From positions 2,336,001-2,400,000 of the forward strand of contig CP147779.1 of the NCBI GenBank assembly GCA_037308085.1: a stretch of DNA of 64,000 bases, written 5' to 3'. Positions 8,234 to 15,878 of the stretch are shown here, one piece after another. Position 1 is the first letter of the stretch. Each line of letters begins with the position of its first letter. Under the pieces are notes generated by a model that was not told the origin of the DNA, made no database searches, and saw only the letters and a program-made list of their open reading frames with translations. The position numbers and the translations under genes are program-made. This DNA is from Promethearchaeati archaeon SRVP18_Atabeyarchaeia-1 (GTDB lineage: Archaea > Asgardarchaeota > Atabeyarchaeia > Atabeyarchaeales > Atabeyarchaeaceae).

Positions 8234-9544
8234 CTATTCCTTAGTCGCGATCTCCCATTCAACAGGTGTTATTTCCCTGAGGCATTGTTGGACTAACTGG
8301 TCGACGCCCAGATGTTTCTCGAGTTCCTCCACCACTTGAATGTCCCCCCGGATTTGCGGGTGATCCGGCACACCCCAGCACGGTAATAAGGTGATGGAGG
8401 CCGCGGGCGCGGTGCCGATCTGGCGTGCGAGCGCTACGACCTCCTCCTTGTCGAATCCAAACAAGGGGCGGTGCACCGGGATGGTAACCACGCTATTCAG
8501 GACCATGAGGTTTTGGGCGGTCTGACTAGCCTGCTCCCCGAGGATCTCCCCTGTCACGATCCCCTTCGCCCCGTACATGTGCGCAACCTGTTCCGCGACG
8601 CGATACATCATGCGCTTGCATAACAGACACGTCACGCCCGCCCGCGCCCCTTGGGACGTGAGGGCGGTCAGGACCTTGCCATAGGGCATCACGAAAACGA
8701 GCGGTTTCGCAGATTGGCCGCGCATGTATTCCACTATGACTGCTACTTCCTTCAAGGCATTTGAGCGCACGGATCCTTCGGACTCCCCACCGCTGGCCTC
8801 CTCCTGGGCCGGGTTCATTATGACGAAGATGAGGGGCGCGCCGCGGCGCATCGCCATCCACGCGGCGACCGGGGAGTCGAAGCCCCCGCTGACGAGGGCA
8901 ACCAATGGATCTTCCAGTCCCAATGGGAATCCCCCGGGCGCTTTAATCCGTTCCGCGGAGATAAAGGCCGCGTTCTCGAACACCTCGATCTCGAGCTGTT
9001 TCTCCCGCTGGCACGCCCACGGCCCCATGGTCCAGCGCTCTTCCGCCCGAAAGCGTTTCTTTGAAAGGTCCTTTTTCCCCTTGGCAGGGTCGTTTTCTTC
9101 TTGGGAAAATTTGTCGCACAAGGCGAGAATCTCTGCCTTCCACTGCTTTTCATCAACGGGGGAGGAATCGATGGCCCGAATGGCGATTTTTTTCGTGCGG
9201 GGGTATAACCCGTGGGCAAGCATGAGCTTGGCTGGTACGGTGCGCGTGGAGGTCTTGTCGCTCAGCGGCGTGTGGAAGCACGGAGAGATGGTAGAAATTC
9301 CAAAGGTCCGCCCGACGACGGAGACGATGGCGGGCACGTCCGCTTCGACCGGTTGCCGGGGCACGAGGTAATAGCGGCCGGGGCGCATGATAATTTGGAG
9401 GCGTTTGAGCATGTCCCCGTTCCCGGTCGCCGTGAAGGCGTTCTGGATGTTCCGCCGGAGCAATGACTCGAGTAGATCCTGCGTTTGGGGGGACTTGATC
9501 CCAAATTCACCGGTGAACCGAACGAGCACGCTATTGTAGATCAT
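8234..9544 (-). CDS. thiI: tRNA 4-thiouridine synthase ThiI
   Basis: VRFTGEFGIKS, PGGFPLG, PP-loop SGGFDSP, CLLCKRMMYR, TGEILGEQASQT, RPLFGFDKEE. Confidence 0.9.
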   Translation of the reverse strand: MIYNSVLVRFTGEFGIKSPQTQDLLESLLRRNIQNAFTATGNGDMLKRLQIIMRPGRYYLVPRQPVEADVPAIVSVVGRTFGISTISPCFHTPLSDKTSTRTVPAKLMLAHGLYPRTKKIAIRAIDSSPVDEKQWKAEILALCDKFSQEENDPAKGKKDLSKKRFRAEERWTMGPWACQREKQLEIEVFENAAFISAERIKAPGGFPLGLEDPLVALVSGGFDSPVAAWMAMRRGAPLIFVIMNPAQEEASGGESEGSVRSNALKEVAVIVEYMRGQSAKPLVFVMPYGKVLTALTSQGARAGVTCLLCKRMMYRVAEQVAHMYGAKGIVTGEILGEQASQTAQNLMVLNSVVTIPVHRPLFGFDKEEVVALARQIGTAPAASITLLPCWGVPDHPQIRGDIQVVEELEKHLGVDQLVQQCLREITPVEWEIATKE

Positions 9545-9769
9545 GATACCTATCCCTTAGGAGAATGAATCCTTTAAGTCCTTTGTGCTAAATGGCCCTT
9601 TTTGCGGCGGTTTTTGGGATCACTCTTCGGGTACCCATATTCATTTAGGTATGACCTGATGAAGAAACCGCAAAAGAACTTTCCGCGGTGGGGTCGAGCA
9701 TTGGAGTCCCCTGTCATCAAATGCTGGCAGAAGGCAAAAAAAAGAGGAAATGGAGGTTTTTAAAGTCCA

Positions 9770-9792
9770 CATACCTATGTCTTTAATACTTT
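9770..9792. repeat. 23-bp direct repeat, copy 1 (CATACCTATGyCTTTAATACTTT)
   Basis: One mismatch to 10099-10121; contains pseudo-palindrome CATA-CC-TATG next to an AT-rich TATA-like block. Confidence 0.75.
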
Positions 9793-10098
9793 ATCAGGCG
9801 AATCAAGGAAATCCGCGGGATGCGGTCTGAAATCATCGAGGATTTGGGCTGACGGCGCAAAGCAGTAACAGCTTTAGAGGACTTCCTGCAAGGGCGCGCA
9901 GAATTGAGTCTGCTAGACAATACTCCCTTTTTGATACCAACCTTGACGGCAGGCACAAATCCCGGATCCAAACACCGCGATTCTGTGGCGCAAAGCTACG
10001 TATTCTTCAATAGGGATCTAACTTACTAGGGGCGAGGAACGAACCAACCGGCCGTCTTGCGAAAACCAGACAAAAGAGGGGGGAGTTCTTGAAGAACG

Positions 10099-10121
10099 CA
10101 TACCTATGCCTTTAATACTTT
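10099..10121. repeat. 23-bp direct repeat, copy 2
   Basis: One mismatch to 9770-9792. Confidence 0.75.
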
Positions 10122-10167
10122 GTTGAGATCGGTGCTGTCACATCTGCGGTTGGCATGCTTTCATATG

Positions 10168-10340
10168 GAAGGTTCTTATGCGCACGCGTGACCTACCAAC
10201 CCCTCAAAGGGTGTTGGCTTCCTGGTTCATGGACCGAGCTTGCCTCGACGTGTGGCGGCCGTTGAGGCACCTCAGAGGCGCCGGGGTAGAGGCTTCGATC
10301 TCCGCAGGCGTAGATTCGGCGCGCACCATACCTATTGCCG
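10168..10340 (-). ncRNA. Putative TnpB omega-RNA (reRNA) scaffold plus flanking guide GCGUGCGCAUAAGAACCUUC; 5' end approximate
   Basis: Right-end sequence GCCTGCGGAG...CCTCTAC...GCAAG...ATGAACCAGGAAGCC...GGTAGGTCAC has the layout of IS605/IS1341 right-end RNAs; expression is inferred, not shown. Confidence 0.5.
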
Positions 10341-10418
10341 AGACCGATGCATGTTCCTCTATTTGAACCCGCGATTCACCCCACCCCTCAAAGGGTGTGG
10401 GCTTCCTGGCCCGCGTTC
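10188..10418 (-). mobile_element. Non-autonomous IS200/IS605-family element (PATE) with both ends and the 3' tail of tnpB
   Basis: Two copies of the subterminal hairpin CAGGAAGCC(A/C)ACACCCTTTGAGGGGT(T/G)GG; inserted 3' of TTAC (10422-10419); ends in TCAC (10191-10188); no target duplication; interior encodes IGMVRAESTPAEIEAST...QARSMNQEA, like TnpB C-terminal tails. Confidence 0.85.
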
Positions 10419-10480
10419 GTAACAGAACCTTGAGATCAGCACCTGCAGAGTCTGAGAAGCTATTTGGAGTCGTCGCGAAT

Positions 10481-11062
10481 TTGGCAAAGAAGAATTTTGG
10501 AAGCAAACCGCTTCTTCTCCCATTTCCAGTCACTATTGTGGGGGCAGAAGTTGATGGAAAACCTAACTTCATGGCGATCGGTTACATCGGGATAATCGAT
10601 GACACGCCATCGATGGTCGCACTGGGATCGCTGAAGACCCATTACACGAATAGAGGTATTATTGAGAACAAGACGTTCTCTGTAAACATACCTTCGGAAG
10701 AGATGATTCAGATCACTGACTACGTGGGGGTGGTTAGCGGAGAGAAGACAGACAAGTCGAAGCTATTTGATGTTTTCTACGGGAAGCTGAAGAATGCGCC
10801 GATGATACAGCAGTGTCCACTCAACCTTGAGTGCAAGGTTCTCGATATTCTGGAGAAAGGGGGTACGTACTACAACATCATTGGCGAGATTGTCGAATCT
10901 TACGTCGACGAGGAGTGCATGGTTGGCAAGTACCCGGACCTGGAGAAGGTGAAACCTATGGTCTTTTCGGTGGTTGGTGGCAAGTACTACTCAGTCGGGA
11001 AGTATCTTGGCGCGATGGGGAAAGCGAGCAAGGATTTCAAGTATAATGGCAGAGAACAGTAA
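10481..11062 (+). CDS. Flavin reductase / flavoredoxin family protein
   Basis: PFPVTIVGA, GKPNFMA, HYTNRGI, FSVNIPS, APMIQQCPLNLECKV; start moved to TTG 10481 because the longer ORF begins inside the mobile element. Confidence 0.88.
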   Translation: MAKKNFGSKPLLLPFPVTIVGAEVDGKPNFMAIGYIGIIDDTPSMVALGSLKTHYTNRGIIENKTFSVNIPSEEMIQITDYVGVVSGEKTDKSKLFDVFYGKLKNAPMIQQCPLNLECKVLDILEKGGTYYNIIGEIVESYVDEECMVGKYPDLEKVKPMVFSVVGGKYYSVGKYLGAMGKASKDFKYNGREQ

Positions 11063-11262
11063 ATCGTAGCTGCAGCTGCGCCGTTGCGACGCCAACCTTT
11101 AGCTTTGGCCCTTCGCCAATCCATGAATGAGTTCGGCTCAGATTCGGGTTCCAGTTGCCGAATGTGAGTGAGGGCTCATCCCCAATTGACCGTAAGCTGT
11201 AAATAAATCGTAGAGTCGTAGAGATTAACTAATCAAGCAAGAGCGATCCGGAGGCGTCGGGA

Positions 11263-12417
11263 ATGTTCAAATGCCCTCAGATATACTACGGAACCGGTTC
11301 ACTCGACAGGGTTGCATCCCTCAAGGGAGACCGCGTTCTAATAGTGACGGACAGGAAGATAGAGGAACTGGGACTGGTCGAAGAGGTGCGAAAGCGCCTG
11401 AAAGAGAAAGGCGCAGAAGTGCACGTTTTTGATGATGTGGAACCTGATCCGAAGGACTCGACCGTCGCCGCTTGTGCTAAGGTTGCGTCGGAGTTCAATC
11501 CTGATCTGATTATAGGACTCGGCGGGGGATCCTCGATGGATGTCGCTAAGGGTGCATTCTTTCAGTACGAGCGACCAGATGTCAAGCTCTGTGACATGAG
11601 TGCCTTGGAGAGCTATGGGCTAAGGAGGAAAGCGAGCTTGGCAATGATACCGACGACTTCAGGAACCGGCTCGGAGGCATCGGTTGGATGCGTAATAACT
11701 GATTCGGAAACAGGCAGGAAACTCTCTCTGGCGTGCTTCGAACTGACTCCTGACGTTGCAATCCTGGATCCGTCACTAGCCTTCAAGATGCCGCCCAAGC
11801 TAAGGGCGTGCACAGGAATTGATGTTCTCGTTCACGCGGTTGAGGCTTATGTTGCTAGTATGCACAATTTCTTCGCCGATGCGCTAGCCCTCAAGGCGAT
11901 TCAGACGGTGTTCCAGTACCTTGAGAAGTCCGTCAGGACGGGTGACCAAGAGGCTATGGAAAAGATGCACTATGCTGCAACTCTTGGAGGAATATCAATG
12001 ACCAACTCCGGCCTGGGCCTAGCACATGGAATAGGACACAGTATCGGGGCGCTCTTCCATATACCTCACGGAGCAGCAGTCGGCTTCGCCCTCCCTTACA
12101 TAATTGAGTTTTGTTCACAAACATCTAGGAATAGGTTCCTAGAAATACTTGGATCCCTCGGGGTCACCGGTGTTGATTCCGACAACGCGGCGAAGAGGCT
12201 TTCAAGCATTGTCAAGGAATTGATGATCAAGATTCAGATCCCACCAACACTGAAGGGCATAGGCGTCAGCGAAGACAAGTTCAGGAAGATGATACCCAAG
12301 CTCGTGGAGTTCTCGGAGAATGATGTCACGTCAATTACTAGCCCAAGAAACGCCACCACGGAAGACTTCCAGAAAATCCTAGAATACATGCTCAAGAACA
12401 AAACCGTCGACTTCTAG
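11263..12417 (+). CDS. Iron-containing alcohol dehydrogenase
   Basis: GLGGGSSMDVAK, PTTSGTGSE, GIDVLVHAVEAY, GLAHGIGH, HIPHG. Confidence 0.95.
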   Translation: MFKCPQIYYGTGSLDRVASLKGDRVLIVTDRKIEELGLVEEVRKRLKEKGAEVHVFDDVEPDPKDSTVAACAKVASEFNPDLIIGLGGGSSMDVAKGAFFQYERPDVKLCDMSALESYGLRRKASLAMIPTTSGTGSEASVGCVITDSETGRKLSLACFELTPDVAILDPSLAFKMPPKLRACTGIDVLVHAVEAYVASMHNFFADALALKAIQTVFQYLEKSVRTGDQEAMEKMHYAATLGGISMTNSGLGLAHGIGHSIGALFHIPHGAAVGFALPYIIEFCSQTSRNRFLEILGSLGVTGVDSDNAAKRLSSIVKELMIKIQIPPTLKGIGVSEDKFRKMIPKLVEFSENDVTSITSPRNATTEDFQKILEYMLKNKTVDF

Positions 12418-12519
12418 CGGGGGGGATCAGCCACACACTTACTTTCCTCTTCCCTTTCTTTGACGGCAACTATATCATCATTGTAGAATCAAATCAGTAT
12501 TCACGTTGGAAAGTGCGGA

Positions 12520-15456
12520 ATGCCACGTGGCAAAGTCGCTTTGAGAGTCTCTTCAAAAGTGGAATGGGCAAGGAGGCCGAAGGTTATGGCTCGAGTATCC
12601 AAGAATGTATCACGAATAGAAGGGTTCCCTTATCCGAAAGATGCTAAACTTGCAGGGAAGTTTCTCACTGACTTCTTCGAGCTGTTGGGTAAGAACAAGG
12701 AGATTCTGAGATCATGGGTGGAACTAAGAGCCCTGTTTCAGATCCACGTCGAGTCCCCTGAAGTCCTTGTGTCAATTGACACTCTAAGTGGAAAAGGCAT
12801 GCGAGTGTCTCTCGGAGAAGCCAAAGGAACTCCTAACGTGATCATGACTCTAAATGCTAATACATTTCATGAACTATATTCCGGCAAATTGAGCACTTTT
12901 CAGGCGTTCGGATCAGAAGCAGTGAGAACTGATGGCGACCGGAGTCTCGTAACAAGAATGACTAAGACTCTGCCACAGAGCATCAAGGCATATACGGATT
13001 ACTGCAAGGGGCTTGGGATTCATGTCGAATCGCTAGAGAGTGAAGCCACCTCCAAGGCAGCTTTGGAGGAGAGAGCCAAGGCCGTAACCCAAGGATCGCG
13101 AACCGAACGACTCAAGAAACTATTTCTACGTCGGCAGAGGGAGATCTGTGTCGAAAGAGCGCGTTACTACACAGAGTCGTACAGAAGTACTGAGGGAGAA
13201 CCAGCGGTTATTCGCCAAGCCAAGGCACTGAGAAACGTGCTTGACAATCTCCCAGTACACATCTACGAGGACGAGATGATAGTTGGCAACATTTCGAGCA
13301 AGCCTCTGGGAGCGGGGGTCTATCCTGAGACAGTGCTGGGTCCTAGAATAGAGGGCGAACTCAATAGGATAAGCCAAAGAAGCACAAACCCCTTCACCAT
13401 AGGTGCGGGAGAAAAGCGCGAACTCCAAGAGAGTATATTCCCCTATTGGCGGGGAAAAACCATCATCGACCTAGCTAGGAAGTATTGGTCCAAGGAAGTT
13501 GCCGATCTTTTTGACAGACTGGGAGTCTTCATTTTCACCGAGATTGGTGGCATAGGACATATGCTGATAAACCACGAGCGCGTTCTCAGAATCGGACTCA
13601 ACGGAATAATCGCGGAAGCTAACAGACGCAGAAAGGGGCTCCTGAAAGAGGACATGTCCGGAGATCCAGGGAAACAACAACAACTCGAATTCCTTGAAGC
13701 CGTTGAGATCGCGTGTAAGAGCGTGATCGACTTCGCAAGGAGATACGGCGGGCTAGCGGAAGAGCTTGCTGGAACCGAAAAAGATCCTGCGAGGCGTGGA
13801 GAACTCGAGGAGATCGCCAGAATATGTCTAAAGGTGCCAGAGAACCCAGCAGACACTATCCACGAATGCTTGCAGGCGATGTTCTTCACCCATATTGCAT
13901 GTCAAGTCGAGAGTTGGGAGTCAGCCATCTCAGTCGGAAGACTAGATCAGTTCCTAAAACCGTACTACGAGGCAGATCGACAAGCTGGAAGAACGGACGA
14001 AGTGAAAGCCCAAGAATTGTTTGAATGCTTCTTCTTGAAGCTTTCCTCGGTGATACCATTATTTGACGCGGATGCCTCCATAGCATTCGCCGGATTGACA
14101 GCCTTCGCAAATGTCGTCATTGGAGGAGTCGACAAGGATGGAAACGACGCTACAAATGATCTGTCCTATGTAATCCTGAATGCCGTGAAAAGGATGAAGA
14201 CCCCGCAGCCAAACTTTGGAATTCGAGTTCACGAGACTTCGCCCGAAAGACTTCTGACTGAGGTCTGCCGCGCTGCCTTAGAAATGGGAACTCTACCTCA
14301 TGTTTTCAACGACAGGTTGGTCATCAAGTCGATGGTCAACAGGGGGATACCGATAGAAGAGGCGAGAAATTACGGGATCATCGGCTGCGTAGAACCCGCC
14401 GTTCCAGGCAGGAGCTTCACCTCATCAGACGCGGCGCTCTTCAACCTTGGACTCTGCCTTGAACTCGCCTTGAACGATGGCAAAGCAAGATTGATGTCAG
14501 GGCAGATAGGACCACAGACGGGTAGCCCCGCGTCATTCACCTCGATGGAAGGCGTCTTGAATGCATTTGCCCAGCAGGTTCAGTACCTTATCAGGAAAAT
14601 GGTTGAAGGACTCGATGTACTAGCCAGAATCCATGCCGAGGTGAAGCCTACACCCTTGGCCTCATCATTGACCGATAATTGCCTAGCGAGCGGCAAAGAT
14701 CTCACCCGCGGGGGCGCAGTCTACAACTTCACCGGACCACAGGGAGTTGGACTCGCGACGGTTGCGGATTCGCTTGCGGCAATCGATCAACTTGTCTTCA
14801 GAGACAAGAAGGCAACCATGGATGAAATCTCGAAAGCTCTAAGTAAGAACTTCGCAGGTTACGAGCCACTAAGGCAGATGCTGATCAACTCGGCGCCGAA
14901 GTATGGGACGGATAACGACCTCGCGGATACATATGCCCGCCAAGTGGGCGAGATCTTCTGCAAGGAGATTGAGAAGTACCAAAACCCTAGAAATGGGCGG
15001 TATCAGCCGGGCTTGTACTCGGTGACGATGCACTTGACGTTTGGTATGCTGACAGGAGCACTGCCGAACGGGCGCAAAGCAAGCAAACCGCTGTCGTGCG
15101 GGGTAACACCCGAACCTGGAACAGCTTCTTTCGGACCGACTGCGCTGCTCAGGTCGGCGGCGAAGTTGAATTACGAGCTTGTGTCAAACGGCGCCGTGTT
15201 GGGTCTAAAGTTCAGTCCGAGCACGTTCCGCGGTGACGAGGGCCTACGAAATCTTGGATCTTTAGTTGAGTCCTTCTTCAGGCTCGGTGGAATGCATATC
15301 CAAGCCAACTTCGTAGGCCGCGAAACTCTACTCGCAGCGCAGAAGTGTCCTGACGAATATCGCGACCTAGTTGTTCGAGTTGCAGGATATAGCGCGCTGT
15401 TCACCGATCTCGACAGACTGGTACAGGATGAGATTATTGCGCGAACCGAATTCTAG
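12520..15456 (+). CDS. Glycyl radical enzyme (PFL2/PflD/dehydratase-like) with N-terminal SCP2-like domain
   Basis: ICVERA, RQAKAL, SVGRLDQFL, PQPN, GCVEP (14383-14397), GALPNGRKA, RVAGYS (15376-15393); extra N-terminal ~180 aa with an SCP2 pattern; start may be 12586. Confidence 0.9.
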   Translation: MPRGKVALRVSSKVEWARRPKVMARVSKNVSRIEGFPYPKDAKLAGKFLTDFFELLGKNKEILRSWVELRALFQIHVESPEVLVSIDTLSGKGMRVSLGEAKGTPNVIMTLNANTFHELYSGKLSTFQAFGSEAVRTDGDRSLVTRMTKTLPQSIKAYTDYCKGLGIHVESLESEATSKAALEERAKAVTQGSRTERLKKLFLRRQREICVERARYYTESYRSTEGEPAVIRQAKALRNVLDNLPVHIYEDEMIVGNISSKPLGAGVYPETVLGPRIEGELNRISQRSTNPFTIGAGEKRELQESIFPYWRGKTIIDLARKYWSKEVADLFDRLGVFIFTEIGGIGHMLINHERVLRIGLNGIIAEANRRRKGLLKEDMSGDPGKQQQLEFLEAVEIACKSVIDFARRYGGLAEELAGTEKDPARRGELEEIARICLKVPENPADTIHECLQAMFFTHIACQVESWESAISVGRLDQFLKPYYEADRQAGRTDEVKAQELFECFFLKLSSVIPLFDADASIAFAGLTAFANVVIGGVDKDGNDATNDLSYVILNAVKRMKTPQPNFGIRVHETSPERLLTEVCRAALEMGTLPHVFNDRLVIKSMVNRGIPIEEARNYGIIGCVEPAVPGRSFTSSDAALFNLGLCLELALNDGKARLMSGQIGPQTGSPASFTSMEGVLNAFAQQVQYLIRKMVEGLDVLARIHAEVKPTPLASSLTDNCLASGKDLTRGGAVYNFTGPQGVGLATVADSLAAIDQLVFRDKKATMDEISKALSKNFAGYEPLRQMLINSAPKYGTDNDLADTYARQVGEIFCKEIEKYQNPRNGRYQPGLYSVTMHLTFGMLTGALPNGRKASKPLSCGVTPEPGTASFGPTALLRSAAKLNYELVSNGAVLGLKFSPSTFRGDEGLRNLGSLVESFFRLGGMHIQANFVGRETLLAAQKCPDEYRDLVVRVAGYSALFTDLDRLVQDEIIARTEF

Positions 15457-15513
15457 CTCTCCCTGATGATCCTCTTTGAACCTTCAAATGATAACGAAGA
15501 GGGGCACAGATTC

Positions 15514-15861
15514 ATGAAGATCCGGCTGGAGGAGGGAAAGGTCAAGGACACGATCGAACATGTGGACAAACCTTCCTTCACCGTCCTTGACTTCATCGAA
15601 ATGTTCAAAGCTCTACATCCAGATGACTGGGATCAGCTTGCAAAGAGATTCGGTGGATTTGGCGAGAAACGGAGATATACGGTCAATACCTATTTCTCCA
15701 ATCGACTCGACGCGTACTCGCAAAAGCCTACCTCGCTTCTGGTTCCTTTTGTAAGGTACAAGCAGGGGGGATTCAATGACTATAGGAGGACGACGGAGGA
15801 GGAGAGGAAAGTCTTTGGTAGTCCTTGGATAGCCATGTTCAATAAGAGGGAAAAGGCGTGA
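15514..15861 (+). CDS. Hypothetical protein
   Basis: Clean ORF with GAGGGG upstream and protein-like composition. Confidence 0.6.
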   Translation: MKIRLEEGKVKDTIEHVDKPSFTVLDFIEMFKALHPDDWDQLAKRFGGFGEKRRYTVNTYFSNRLDAYSQKPTSLLVPFVRYKQGGFNDYRRTTEEERKVFGSPWIAMFNKREKA

Positions 15862-15878
15862 GTAGCTAGGACATGCAA

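Larger units (their letters stand above)
10131..10429 (-). mobile_element. 68-bp IS6-like MITE, copy A, interrupted by a 231-bp IS200/IS605 mini-element
   Basis: Perfect 8-bp duplication TTGAGATC at 10123-10130 and 10430-10437; imperfect TIRs GGTTCTGTTAC / GGTGCTGTCAC; after removing 10188-10418 it aligns without gaps to 29281-29348. Confidence 0.85.

Noticed and set aside
9655-9680. CTGATGA...GAAA hammerhead-like core, or a TPP riboswitch upstream of thiI
   Set aside because: No stem II between the motifs; TPP consensus elements not found
10195-10409. Two palindromic ~30-bp repeats as a mini CRISPR array
   Set aside because: Only two units about 180 bp apart and no cas genes; better explained as IS200/IS605 ends
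10204-10572. 122-aa minus-strand ORF, and the 10397 start of the flavoredoxin
   Set aside because: Both cross mobile-element boundaries; only the last ~45 codons of the minus ORF are meaningful (tnpB tail)
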